Positions 1 through 14,000 of a DNA stretch of 64,000 nucleotides are shown piece by piece (position 1 is the first letter of the stretch; each line of letters begins with the position of its first letter). Position numbers and translations under genes: made by a program. The stretch is from the human T2T-CHM13v2.0 reference genome, Homo sapiens. The stretch is taken from NCBI RefSeq assembly GCF_009914755.1, contig NC_060926.1; one strand, given 5' to 3'. The notes beneath the pieces were generated by a model that saw only the letters and a program-made list of their open reading frames with translations, did not search any database and was not told the DNA's origin.

Positions 1-554
1 AATGATGTAAATGCAGTTATAATTACAAAGAACTTCAATTCAATTTAATTTTAATTGTTTAAAATTTGTAAACACTCCAGAAAAACCTCATTAAGCTGGC
101 TGAACTAGCTTGTTTTCAAGAGGGAACAGGGAGTCAACATTCACAGTTATTCATATTACAACATCCATTCACTTACACTAACCATTCTGATTAACCAGTA
201 ATCACACACATTTGGAGCAAGCAGCACTGGCAAAGCTTGTTACAGCTTTTAAAAAATGCTTTGCAAGGTTGCATATATAAAATGAAGCCCCACATTCAAA
301 AGCAGAACTTTGGCATGCATGCACATTGAAGAAGGGAGAGGAAAATCCTCACAAAATGCATGCATCAAAAAGTTTATACTTCTAAAACTGAGGTCTTAGA
401 ATCCCGAAAGATTCAGGTTCATGTCTCCTTTTAGTATGAGATGATGTGGTCTGCATACCTTCCACAGTGTCTCACTGTGGTGTGAGTTTCACAGTCAAAG
501 GAGGACGGCCTAAGTCCTTTGCACAAAGTACATCTTTATAACCAATTGCCCTGT

Positions 555-760
555 AAGCGTAGCAGTGAAAAGAGCACTGGATTGGACTGGGGGAACCTGG
601 CACATAAAATTCACTACTTGTGGGAACTGGGGTACATGTTCTAGCCTCTCTAAATTGGTTTTCTTAGTAAGATAAGCCAAACCTGAAGAGCTACTGCACA
701 GAGTTTTGGGGACAATTAAATGTGCCTGGCATATAGAAGGTATGCAGTATATGTAGTTCA
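555..760 (+). mobile_element. MIR SINE relic
   Basis: Degenerate MIR-like 5' region (agcagtgaaaagagcactggattgg) and 3' motif gtgcctggcatatag. Confidence 0.5.
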
Positions 761-1645
761 TAGTATCCAAAAGGCTGAAACAAAAAGGGTTCACCTTTGG
801 TTACCTTCTGCATAATTACTAACATTCTAGTGATTGATGATTGAATATATTTTAGCTGAAATCTTAAGTTTTCAGAACTCATCACCAATGGTTTATAATG
901 GATACTTGTTTGTATCATGTGAAGGCCATATGTGGATAATTTTTAGAATTAACAAAATGTTGTCTTATGTCACAATTCTCTGAACTGTATGAGGGTTTAT
1001 TGGACAAATTAAAATTCAATCTAGTAATATACCACTCATATTGTCACATTTTACCAGACATGTTTTCCTCTGTTATTGAAATTTTAGCACTTCCTGCAGA
1101 TATTTGGAATAGAAATAGAATAACGACAATTGTTATTACTACTCATTTTTACAAAGGGCTTTTCAATTTCTAAGATGATTTTAATATACATTGTTTTGGC
1201 TTGTCCCTATAGCTTGCAGATTTGGTCCCAACACTCACAGTGACTAACAATGTTCAGAGCAGTGTAATCATTGGATAAAAGCAGCAGAGGCCTAAGGGCA
1301 GGGGTCAGACTTTGAACCCTTGCTTTCTGGTCTCAAATCTCATGCTCTTTTCTGGATGTTGAATTCTCCCATAAACACACTACGATCAACCAGAACTCCA
1401 CTTCCATTCATTTATAAGAGTTAAAAAAGTGAAGCCTCCATTATCATCTGAAGTGTAAAGAGACATCAGATTTCAAAATGATGGCAACAGGGAAGAGCCC
1501 TTGCCAAACTAACTATTATTTTAACAACTAAATGACTGTGTAATCACTGTACTTGCTGCAAAAACACTGAATTGAGGTTTCCATTTGGGTGTTTGTATGT
1601 TCTCAAGTCCAGCAAACAGAGCTCTGAAGAATGTGAGCACAGGCT

Positions 1646-1949
1646 GCCTGGGCACGGTGGCTCACACCTGTAATCCCAACACTTTGGGAAGCCTAGGCGG
1701 GTGGATCCCGAGGTCAGGAGATTGAGAGCATCCTGGCTAACACAGTGAAACCCCGTCTCTACTAAAATACAAAAAAATTAGCCAGGCGTGGTGGCAGGCG
1801 CCTGTAGTCACAGCTACTTAGGAGGCTGAGGCAGGAGAATGGTGTGAACCTGGAAGGCAGAGCTTGCGGTGAGCCGAGATCACACCAATGCACTCAAGCC
1901 TGGGCGACAGAGTGAGACTCTGTCTCAAAAAAAAAAAAAAAAAAAAAAA
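1646..1949 (+). mobile_element. AluY
   Basis: Full dimer, Y diagnostics (atcctggctaacac, gagaatggtgtgaacc, gagcttgc), A tail, degenerate TSD agaatg...cacaggc. Confidence 0.93.
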
Positions 1950-2499
1950 GAATGGGCACACAGGCAAGTTTTTCACAGTACACCTAAGCAGTCAGTGATC
2001 ATGGGGTATAAGTGGTAGAAAATACTAACTGGTTTATTTCATTTCCCTTAGGAACAAATTCATACAGTGTAACCCAGCCAAGAGATTCCCAGAGATTCTC
2101 ATCCTGCTCATCTCCGTCACCAAGACGTGTGCTTGTGACTCCAGTGCTCCAGCATGCGATTGTCACTCAACCTAAATCCCAGGTCATCTTTCAAAATCTG
2201 AGCCAAGGAAGCCTTACCATGAACACTGAACATCAACCATGCCTAATTCCCTGGCCTAGTGCTAGAGCCAAAAGGTGTATGAACCTGGTTCCAAGAAGTT
2301 CCAAAGGAATGGGGACAAAGGAGACATTCATAAATACATAACTGTCAGTTTGGCCCACTGTGCTAAGGCACAATAAGAAAAGTGAGATAATACATCCTTT
2401 TGAGTGGAAGGGAGGTGGTCATCACCTACCATGCTGGCCTTTCCCTTTTCTAACCACCCATTGTTCTTCCTGGTAATACAATTTAGCACCTGCTGGGTT

Positions 2500-2655
2500 T
2501 CTTACAACTCCTCCCATGTTCTTTCTATATCTGTAGTCAAAGTGTAAGCCACTTGAGGATACAGATGTGTGTCATTCTTCTCCAGGATTCCCCAAAACAC
2601 TTGGCATAGTCTTAGTTACAAAACCAGGGCTCCATAGAGACATATTAACTGACTG
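2500..2655 (+). mobile_element. L2 3' end relic
   Basis: tgtaagccacttgagg...cacttggcatag...tattaactgactg resembles the L2 3' terminus. Confidence 0.5.
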
Positions 2656-4817
2656 TGTATAGAAGATTCAGTGGGTGGGAAGGGGAAAAGACTAAAAACA
2701 AAAAAAAAATGGGGGAGAAAACAACCCTGTTGGAAAAGGAATGACTAGGAATGGTATCTTGGTGAGGGAAAAAGAGATGGTTTTATGTTAGGGGAGTTTA
2801 TTTAGGTAGGAAAAAAAATGAGTAAACTTTGCACGATTTGAAATCTGCATTCCACTGGCTAATATAAAGTAATCTTTCCTGTTTGTAAAATGAAAACCAT
2901 GAAAAGATGATAACACACTTTGTACTAAATCTACTTGGGGAAGGAACAACAACATTTTCTCCCTTTGCTCAGTTCAGCCTGGAATATAATAGATGAAATT
3001 GTAATTCAGAGCACATTATCAATGCTGCTATTTATTTTCTGAAACATTAGTCTAGGTATATTTTTCTACATTTTTATATCAAAATATGCCCCTTAAGATT
3101 CAGACATACATTCTCAAGGGAGCTGGTCTACACCAGTTTTGTAAAATGTTGACTAACTATTTGAGTGATGAACTGAATAAAAGGTCACTTACTTTCTTCA
3201 TTTATCACCCAACAGCCTTTGATGGTTGAAAATATTTGTTAACCTTTCTTTGTCTCGATTTTATCACCAAAAAGAAAGAGGGATAAAAGTGCTTGCTTTG
3301 AAGTATATGCGCGACTGAACGCATGTGTGAAATTCTTTGAGATTCTCAGATGGAAGTGCTGTTGGAATCATTAAAATTTAGAGAACTTTAGGAATTTGAA
3401 TCCTTTAATACTCTGAAGGTAAAGTAATCAGATTAATGGATTTTTTTTCTTAATCTTGTCAAGAGTATGGGTTGTTCAAGATCAGATGTTTTTCACTTCT
3501 CTACTGAAGAAAACTGACTTGAGGCTTGGAGTAGAGAAATAAAAGCCAACTTCCTAATTATTCCCTCTGTGTGGTCCTCAGAGACTACTGCTGATCTGGG
3601 GTTAAACTTATTCTTTAACTAATTAAACTCTTTTTCTTTAATTAAGCAGCCCTAACGACCTTACTTTGTAGACAGCTGGCTTCATTACAAGCAGAGTAAC
3701 TTTCTTATACTGAACACAAAGTAGGTGAGGAATAACCAAAAAGGTCTTAGAAAATTACTTTTACCAGAAATTATTTTTCATCTCATTTTGCCAGATGAAA
3801 CATTTAGTTAAAGGGTTGCTATTGAGCAACATGAAAGGAACGTGGGCTGGAACAGTCCCAAGATTCACTTGGTCAAAATTAAAGCAGGTGCTGGGCTCCA
3901 CAAGTCCTGGGTACCACGGAAGGCAGGCGGTTTGCTAGCATTCACAGGATGCCGAACCCAGGCCTGCAACGAGTTTTCATGCTGAGCACCTCAAAGCACC
4001 AACAGAGACAGGATATGTGGATTAAAGCCCATGAAAAAATAACCAATAATTTATTTTCCAATGCACTGTGAATATTTAAAAGAATAAAATCATCTGCTAT
4101 GCCTAAGGTGATTTATGTTTTAAGATATTCAAATATATCTCCCATAAGTTACTATCAAAAATGTTTAAGCATGGGTTCTAGAAAATGGTAGGCTCTCAAT
4201 ACATATATGTAGAATGCTTCATAGATGAAAATGGTTAAAAGATAACTTATTGATCTGATTCAATACCCTCCATTTGTAGATGAGAGAAGTGAGGTCTAGA
4301 GAGATTAAATGAAATCTCCAAGCTGACACATGTATTTTTTTCAATAAACCTTTACTGACAGCCTACAGAGTACCAAGAATCATACTAAAACTGGGACTAC
4401 AATGATGAACAAACTGCACTTTCTCTGTGCCTACTAGCTACCTCTCCTAGAATATTTGTAACAAAACATTTGTCATTGGTTGTCATTGGCAGTACAAGTT
4501 AAATTTCTTGGTTTACAAGTTAGAGCTTCAGAAAACCTTGCTTTTACTTTTCATCAATGACAAAATAAACACACCATTAATCCAAATCCACCTCTGTGCC
4601 ATCTACAGTAGCCAAATTAGGAAACCACGGACTATCATCACGTAACAGAACTCATACTCTGATCTGGAGCTAGTCCGCAGCTACCAAGACATTCTGACAC
4701 CAAAGCTGATAGTGGGCAATGAATGCAGGGATAAAGGGTTGGTTTTCTACCTTTCTAGAGAAGTATATTAAGGTGGAGGCAGGAGATGGGCAAAGAGTAT
4801 GAAAACTGGAGAGTTTG

Positions 4818-5143
<326 letters not shown>

Positions 5144-6589
5144 TTAATCTCAGTATGAAAAAGGTCTCTTTTCTTCCTTGAATTGATAAACAATTGTTTA
5201 TCAACAATAGAATATTTGTTCAACTAATGTAGAACATTCAACAAATAGAATAATTACATTAAAGTAGTCTCTTTTGAAGGGTAAAAGAAAATTCTAAGAA
5301 AGCAGTAATTAAACAGAATGGTAGGGAGAAAACAAAATAAAAAAATACTCCTAATGTTTTGGCATCCTCCTTGGGATGGCATGAGAGGGGGAGATAAAAA
5401 ACATAGAAAAGTGGGAGGAAAAAAAGCACAGTCTGGAGGTATATTTTAGTTCCCAATTGCCTGAGCTATAACATTCAGAGTGATAAAACCAAGTACCTGC
5501 TGCCCCTCCTGCCCTTCATTTGGTTAGCTGGTAAACCATTCTTCACAGCTTTTTGTCTGCTCAGATCCTTGAAGATTCTTTATTCGAGAGCAGTCAGGTC
5601 TAACAACCATTCCTCCAATAGCTTTAGTTTTCATGATTAGAATAACACTGTCCAGAAAGAAAGATGCTGTCTCCTGGAGGAGGGATTTGACTCCTGGCTG
5701 GAAGTTTGCCATCTCTGGTCTTGTTTTATCCAAGATCCTCAAGAAAATCAAAGTCTTTGGTCTAGTGGTAAATGGTAACTAGCATTCCAGGGACGTGCTT
5801 GCTATCTACTTGCGAACTATCCTAATCACAACTCTACTTCCAGACTCTTTATTTTACAATTAAATGCTTCCTTCTGAAATATAGCTTGGCTAAAGAAATG
5901 CAATTTTAATTGTATGACTTTGTAAAGCGACCTTCAAAAATTCAAAGGTTAACTTTCTTTACTTTCTGAATCCTACTGTGCCATGCATGGCCATGCAAAT
6001 CAGCACTAGTCTAATCTGTTTCCCTTACCATTGCTACTCTCTTTCGCTAATTTCCACTTTATTTTTTCAAGTCCAAGTTGCTTACAGGGTAAGATTTCAA
6101 AGCAAGCTCCGGTTCCTGGTGTCTCTGCATAACTTTGGTTTTAGTTACTAAGGAAACACTTCTTTGCTGTGCTACACTGTAAATCCTTTAATTCTCCCTT
6201 TTCCTAATTCTTAAGTAATCCATTTAAACTGCAAAAGCAAATACTATGAGAGCATTTCATAAAACACACTGCATGCAATCCAATAAACAAGAAATCATAT
6301 ATAATTTAACTTCAAAATTTCATATTAATTGCCATTAGAAATTCAAATTCAAGTACTGTATGCAGGGTAAATAGATGAATAGATGCAGTGTATGATGGAT
6401 GAAGCCAGCCCATGTTCCATAATTCTATGGTGTTTATCAGTATCAAGGAAGATGGCAAAGGCAAGTCAGAGGCTGGTACAAAATTTAAGGCTAAAAGTAT
6501 CTAAGCTTGCAAGAAAAAGCAGGCGATATCTAATTATACACTAATTCTAAAATGCTTTGTTCCAAAGTGTTTACCCAGAAACTCAATTA

Positions 6590-7060
6590 TTCCTTCCACA
6601 AACATTGATGGAGATCACACCTTGTTTAATAAAGTATTAGCAATATGATGGTATGTTACCTCCCCACCCCAGTAGGGAGAGAACCTGTACAGAAATAACC
6701 ATAGAACAAAGCCAAATATGCTAAGGACTAAAGAAAGGCACAACGTTCTATGAGAGATCTATCAGAGAGGGGTTTACTGCTGGCTGAGGTGTTAGAGAAG
6801 CTCTAATGTAGAGACAAACATTCCTGCTGGGCCCTGTTAGCACTGCAACATGCCAAGAGGGAGCCTGGGAGAAGAACATGCATTCCAAGGAACCGTGTGA
6901 GCACTTGGTTTGCCTCTGAGTGTTTTTAAAGAATGTCAAGCTGGCTAATGTCCTAGGGGAGGTAGATGGAGTGAAGTCACAACTAGGCCAAGGAATTTGA
7001 GTTCTGAAATTAATCTACTGGTGACGAAGAGAATTTAAAGAGCTTTTAGTGGGGTTAGAA
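6590..7060 (-). mobile_element. L2 fragment
   Basis: ccttccacaaacattgatgg start followed by purine-rich antisense L2-like sequence. Confidence 0.45.
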
Positions 7061-7855
7061 ATACTAAAAAGTGCAAAGAGGAAATTCAGAACTAGAAAGT
7101 AAAGTATCCTCACATGGTAGAATGACATATGCCCACTCTTATCAAATCCAGTTTGAAATTTTCTTGGCAATCAGATGTCCAGGGGGCCACCGTGGTTCAT
7201 TGTTCAGGAAAATCACGAGTCATATGCTGACATTTATTAGAGTTTTGACCTATAAGCAGGTAGGCACTATTGCTCCATCAAACAAAATGAAAACCCTGAT
7301 GAAAAGTGGCTACAAAACAGCCTAGCAAAAATCTCAAATTTACACATATCTGTATAAGGCCTCACAGTTGTCTATTGATATAACTCTTGAAAGTCTATTT
7401 TGAACATTCTGCATTTTCTTGACTCAACCATTATAATTCAGAAAATTAAATGGGGAGAAAGGAGTGAGTAGTGGTGGTATCACAAAGGAACAAACTAGAG
7501 AAAGGTGTTGTTCTCTAAGAGTCTTGAGTTGATACTAAAATTAGGGCGTATACTAGTATACTGATCCAAGAGTCAAGGGAGAACTGTAGTCCAATCAGCC
7601 AAAAAGGAAATCTGAGTGAATCATCCAAAAAACAAAAAAAGAATAGAAAACAGGTATCAAAAGTGATACACCGAGCCAAGAATTAGGGTTCCTGGAAGAG
7701 AAGTAGGAAGGAGCTGAGAACAGAGAGTGAGTTCTAGTTTTAAATAACAATCTGAAGCAGTTCATTTTTATCTTAAAGTATGGAATCAAATAGGTCAGCC
7801 ACCTTGAAAACGCCAGAAGATGGTGTGCTGCGAGATATCAGTTTAGATAAACTGT

Positions 7856-7905
7856 ATATATATATATATAGTTTATATATATATGAATAGTTTATATATA
7901 TATGA
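7856..7905. repeat. (TA)n-rich simple repeat with an internal duplicated unit (tagtttatatatatatgaa)
   Basis: Directly visible. Confidence 0.8.
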
Positions 7906-10900
7906 AAGAACTAATACCAGGAAAGAATAAATAAGCTATTTTATATAGATTTCAACAAAAATTATTAATGTCAAAATAAAGCAATATAACAATATAGACA
8001 TAATGGGTATAGCCAATTTAAGCTCTGAAATGCACACACAGAGGATGAAATGAGAATGTTGGGCATCATTTGTTGCATTATTTGATCTATCTACTAGTTA
8101 TTTTGTCTCCACATCTCATTATAATAGCCAGATGCAGAGCTGTAGGAAAACATGACTCCCAGCAATGGCACCTGTCCTTTTGGTGAGTAATTCAAAAATA
8201 AAACTGGTCTTTTTGGAGAGATCTCTGAATTTTCCATCTGGCCAGGCTGCTCCTGAGCTTTGCCTGCCTTGCTTAGAGGGTGTTTATTTTATCATGAGCT
8301 TTAATTATGGGAACAATAAATGCTTTCTTCTTAAAATTACTTACAAGAGTTATTAAAAGAATATTACAAGAGAGGGAGAGGCACACACTTATCCCTGTGC
8401 CAATGTTTCCATCTGTCCCTCCTCTCCCTACTTTCCTCAACATTAACTTGTAGGTCAGGCAGGAAAGTTATATGATTGAATATTCCGTCTGATGTGGATT
8501 ATTTTGTCTGTACCACTTTCTCGATGACCTGCTCAACTGAAATGCTTGTTTCTTTTATGCCTATCCAGAACATCTCTGTCCCCTAGTGTCCAGGTCAACT
8601 CTGGATTCTGCCTGAAAACTTTCCCCAAAGCTGTATCCTCTTCCTAAATTCCAACATTCATCATCCCTATTTTAACAATTTACCTTTCCTTATAATCCAA
8701 CATATTATTAGTTTCAAATGATCTTATTATATAGTTCCATATTTTTCTATTGCTCTCCACTGCACCCAGAATGGTATATAATAGTTATTTAATAATATTT
8801 ACTAATAAATTGTAAAATTTCTTCTTTAAAACATTAAGAGTCAAGTTTTTAAAATGCTGATTTGCTTCTCTTACTGCAAAATCTTAAAGTGTCTGTCTTC
8901 ACTAATTTTCATTTTCAGAGGAGACCTGTGCCAATTACACATGAAATGCTAAATAAAGCTAGATGCAGGACTGTGCTAAATACGACCAGGATAGTTAAAG
9001 GCTACATGGGCTTCTTTTATTCTTTAAACCAACAAGTATTTATTAAACACATATTATCAATGACAAGCAGGAAATCTTTTCCTTGGATTTTTAAGTTACA
9101 AGTACTATATGGGAGTGCACATTTGATACCGTCATAACTTTTTTGAAGACAGATCATTCAGGCAATTTTGTTTGAAAATTTTTGTCAATTACACTTAGAT
9201 CTGTAGCTCCAAAGTTGAAGCACGCAACCATGCCCTGTTTTAGTGTACATCATTTTATTGTGCTTTGCAGATTTTTTTTTAAACAAATCAATGGTTTGTG
9301 GCAACTGCATTGATAAAGTGTAGTAGCACTATTTTTCCAACAGCATGTACTCACTTCATTGCTCTGTCACATTTTGGTCATTCGTGCAATATTTCAAACT
9401 TTTTCATTTTTAGTACATCTGCTATGGTTAACTGTGATCAGTGATCTTTGATGTGACTATTGTCATTATTTTGGAACACCACAAATCGTGCCCATATAAG
9501 ACAGCTAATTTAATCAATAAACGTGTGTTCTGACTGCTCCACCAATTGGTCATTTCCCTGATTCCCCTATCTCTCTCTCCTCAGGCCTCCCAATTAATTG
9601 AGACATAATATTAAAATAAGGTCAATTAATAACCCTACAATAGCCTCTAGGTCTTCAAGTGAAATGAAGAGTCACAGGTCTCTCACTTTAAATCAAAAGC
9701 TAGAAATAATTAATCTTAGTGAGGAAGGCCTGTTGAAAGCCAAGACAGGCCGAAAGCTAGGCCTCTTGCACCAAACAGGTAGCCAAGTTGTGAATGCAAA
9801 GGAAAAACACTTGAAGGAAATTAGAAGTACTACTTCAGTGAACACATGAATGGTAAGGAAGCAGAACAGCCTTACTGCTGATATGGAGAAAGTCTGAGTG
9901 GTCTGTATAGAGGACAAAGCAGCTACAATATCCCCTTAAGCCAAAGCCTAGCCTGCAGCAAGACCTTAACTCTCTTCAATTCTATGAAGCCTGAGAGAGG
10001 TGAAGAAGTTGCAGAAGAAAAGTTTGAAGCTGGCATAGAGTAGTTCATGAGGTTTAAGGAAAGATGCCAATACCATAACACGAAAATGCAAGGTGAAGCA
10101 CCAAGTGCTTTAGGTGCTTTTATATGAAAAACTACAGCAAGTTATTCAGAAGATGTAGCTCAAATAACAGATAAAGATGACTACACTAAACAATAGATTT
10201 TTGATATAAATGCTGATAGAAGATGCCAGCCAGGACTTTCATAGCTAGAGAGGTGAAGTCAAAGCCTGGCTTTAACGGCTCAAAGGACAGGCTGACTGCC
10301 TTGTTAGAGACTAACGCAATGTGACTTTAGGTTAAAGCCAGTGCTCATTTACCATTCTGAAAATCACAGGGCCTTTAAGAATTAGGCTAAATCTACTCTG
10401 CCTCTGGCTCTATAGATGGAACAACAAAGCCTGGATAATGGCACATCTGTTTCCATCAAGGCTTAGTAAATGTTTTAAACCCAGTGTTGAGACCTACTGC
10501 TTAGAAAAAAAAAAATTCCTTTCAAAATATCACTGCTCACTGACAATGTACTAGGTCACCCAAGAGCCCTGATGGAGATGTACAAGGTGATTTAAATTGT
10601 TTTCACACCTGTTAATACAACATCCATTCTGTAGCCCATGGATCAGAGTTATCTCAACTCTCAGGCCTTATTATTTAAGAAATATTTTTTATAAGGCTAT
10701 AGCTGCCACAGATAGTGATTCCTCTGATCCATCTGAGAAAAGTAAATTGAAAACCTTCTGGAAAGGATTACCATTCTTCATGCCATGAAGAACATTTGTG
10801 ATTCATGGAATGAGGTCAAAATATTCAACATTAACAGGAGTTTGGAAGAAGTTTATTCCAACCCTCATGAATGACTTTGAGGGGTACAAACCTTCAGTGG

Positions 10901-11397
10901 TATAAGTAACTACAGATGCGGTGGAAATAGCAAGAAACCTAGAAGTGAAGCCTGAAGATGTGACTGAATTGCTGCAATCTCATGATAAAACATAAACAGA
11001 TAAGTTACTTCTTATGGATGAAAAAAGAAAGTAGCTTCTTGGGATGGAATATACTACTGTGAAGATACTATGTAGATTGTTGAAAAGATAACAAGAGATT
11101 AGAAATATTACATAAACTTAGTTGATAAAGCAGCAGCAGATTTTGAGAGGACTGACTCCAATTTTGAAAAATGTTCTATTGTCCTGTGGATAAAATGCTA
11201 TCAAACAGCCTTGCTTGCTATAGAGAAATATTTTATAAAAGGAAGAGTCAACTGATATAGCAAACTTCATTGATGAATTTATTGAATTATGCTAAATAAT
11301 TTAACCTTGCTCAAGTTTCAGCAACCACCAACCTGATCAATCAGCAGCCATCAACACTGAGACAAGACTCTCCACCAGTAAAAATATTCTGATATGC

Positions 11398-11687
11398 AGC
11401 CAGGGGTGGTGGCTCAAGCCTGTAATCCCAGCACTTTGGGAGGCTGAGGCGGGCAGATCACGAGGTCAGGAAATCGAGACCATCCTGGCTAACACGGTGA
11501 AACCCTGTCTCTACTAAAAATACAAAAAAATTAGCTGGGAGTGGTGGTGGGCACCTGTAGTCCCAGCTACTCAGGAGGCTGAGGCAGGAGAATGGCATGA
11601 ACCCAGGAAGGGGAGCTTGCAGTGAGCCGAGATCGCGCCACTGCACTCCAGCCTGGGCGACAGAGCGAGACTCCATCTCAAAAAAAA
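11398..11687 (+). mobile_element. AluY nested in Tigger1
   Basis: Y diagnostics; perfect 14-bp TSD atattctgatatgc at 11384-11397 and 11695-11708. Confidence 0.95.
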
Positions 11688-11775
11688 TATGTATATATTC
11701 TGATATGCTAAAGGCCCAGATGATTGTTAGCATTTTTTAGCAATAAAATATTTTGAAATTAAAGTATGTATGGTG

Positions 11776-12089
11776 GGCCATTACAGTGGCTCATTCCTGT
11801 GATCCCAGCACTTTGGGAGGCTGAGGTGGGCAAATCACTTGAGCCCAGGAGCTTGACACCAGCCTGAGGGTGGGACCCTATCTCTACAAAAAAATTACAA
11901 AAATTAACAAGGCCTGGTGGCACATGCCTGTGGTCCCAGCTACTCAGGAGGCTTTGGTGAGAGGATCGCTTAAGCCCAGGAGGTTGAGGATGCAGTAAGC
12001 TGCAATCATGCCATTGCCACTCGAGCCTGAGTGACAGAGTGAGATGCTATTTCAAAAAAAAAAAAGAAAGAAAAGAAAAAGAAAAAAAA
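11776..12089 (+). mobile_element. AluJ nested in Tigger1
   Basis: cacttgagcccaggag and ggatcgcttaagcccagg J-type motifs; A/GAAA tail; TSD-like aaagtatgta/aaggtacgta. Confidence 0.9.
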
Positions 12090-13566
12090 GGTACGTACAT
12101 TTTTAAAAGACATAATGCTATTGCACATTTAATAGACTATAGTATAGTGTGAACCTAACTTTTATATGCATGGAGAAATGAAAAAATTCACATTACTTGG
12201 TTTACTATGATATACACTTTATTGAGGTAGTCTGGAACAGAACCTGCAATATCTCCAAGGTATGTCTGCATCAGAAATGACTGTTTTACTTTGACCAAAT
12301 TACAATTTCTCCAGAAAAAAAAAAATGAGGGAGGAAAGAGAAAGTTCCCTCACCAACAAAATCAGCTGAATTAACCTGGTGACTAACATGATGACAGATA
12401 TTGCAGCCAGAGAGCCCTAAGCTCCCAGGACAAACAATGGGATGCCAAGCTTAAGATAACCCCAAGTAAATGCATAAGAATATACATTCATTCTTTCTAA
12501 GACATCAGTGGGACTAGGAAAATCATCTCAAGAGCTGAACTTTAAAGCTATTTTAGACAGACACATTTAATAGCATATTTTTTTAAATCTTGTGTATGTC
12601 ATGACAAGTTCTTTTCTTTCATAACTCTAAATATCACATACAAAAGTAGCAGGTGTGAAATGTGTTTTGGGTAAGAAAAATATCAAGCTTCTATGAAAGA
12701 CCCTTTTGGGAAAAGTCCCATACTAAAAGAGTCCTAGAGAATATACCCATCATGACACATCTCTTCAAAGCTAAAAAACAGCTTACACAAAATCCCAGAT
12801 ATCAACAAGTATAAACACTATGAAAGAAAAAAGTATTCAATGTCAATATATTTTATAGCTGCATGTTTATGTATATATTTTCATGGACTAGATTGATCAA
12901 AATATAAGAGGCTGTCTCTCTCCCGTTTTCTAGCCGTCCCTGAAATCCACTTCACTGCCAACTCTAATCCTTGCCCCCTTTTTATTTAAATGCCATCAAG
13001 AATCTGAAGTAGTAAAATTGAATGGAGATTTCAACGGTGGGCCAATTTTCCTTTCTTATGAGCTATGAAGATAAATGTACACACACGAGTAAAGAATATA
13101 AGCTTTGCCCAAGAGGTACACTGGGCAGAATAAAGAAACGTCTTTCTTTTCTTAGAAGGGAAGTGAAGATTTATGAGGAGGCAGCATATTGGGCAGCCTT
13201 CTGAATATCTTATAATTTTTTTGTGACATGCTCTTCCCCTAGTGGGCTTCATCATTCAGGCTGCTCTCCTCCCCTCACTGATCAGAGCTTATAGGCCTTC
13301 TGATGAATCCATCCTCTACAAGCTATGGGGACGGCCTGCATTCTTGCCTACGAAGCTGCAGCTAAATAGAAAAAGCACATCCAGAATGACCACTAAAAAG
13401 AGAAAAAGCAAAAGCAGTTTCCAGATCCATGAATCCCAAAATATTAAAAAAAAAACAAAACAACAACAACAAAAAAACCTATTTATATATTAAAAATTTG
13501 CTTCATTACTAGACTGTAGAGAAATTTGATTTTACATTGGATTCAATTCAAGTTCCAATGCATTTG

Positions 13567-13697
13567 GACAAAGAATTTAGAGTATTACATAAACTTAGTT
13601 GATAAAGCAGTGGCAGGGTTTGAGGACTGCAATTTTGAAAGAAGTTCTACTGTAGGCAAAATGCTGTCAAACAGTATTGCTTGCTGCAGAGAAATAT
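13567..13697 (+). mobile_element. Isolated internal Tigger1 fragment
   Basis: Matches 11090-11232 (tattacataaacttagttgataaagcag...gagaaatat); no terminal repeats. Confidence 0.85.
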
Positions 13698-13699
13698 GC

Positions 13700-14000
13700 C
13701 ATTGACAGGGCCCCCACGCTAGGCACCGTACTATAGGCATTTGTAAATATTATCTCATTTAATCCTCAAAACTCGCATTCTAGAAGAAGTTTTTTTCTGC
13801 ATTTCACCTGGGTGATGAAATAACATGTACAATAAACCCCTATGACATGTGTTTACCTATGTAACAAACCTTATCATGTACCATCGAACCTAAAAGTTAC
13901 AGAAAACAAAAAGAAAACTGAGATTCAAAGAAGGGAGTAATCCTCCACCCAAGTCACAGAACCAGATCAAGAGCACAGCTAGGACTTGAACTTAGGTTTT
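13700..14000 (-). mobile_element. MIR interrupted by an L1 3' fragment
   Basis: ctcatttaatcctca...gaaaactgagattcaaaga...ccaagtcacag...ggacttgaac antisense MIR core. Confidence 0.65.
13808..13900 (+). mobile_element. Short L1PA (old primate) 3' end
   Basis: ctgggtgatgaaata...tgtttacctatgtaacaaacct...aacctaaaagtt is the L1PA 3' terminus. Confidence 0.75.

Larger units (their letters stand above)
9225..12268 (+). mobile_element. Full-length Tigger1 DNA transposon (TcMar/pogo) with decayed transposase, interrupted by two Alus
   Basis: Degenerate 5' terminus (caaccatgccctgttttagtg) and 3' terminus (aatatctccaaggtatgtctg). Transposase remnants [17 protein letters not shown] and KLKTFWKG appear in the ORF track. 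About 2.4 kb remains after removing the Alus. Confidence 0.93.

Noticed and set aside
7548-7561. 14-bp palindrome gtatactagtatac
   Set aside because: Several of this length are expected by chance in 64 kb.
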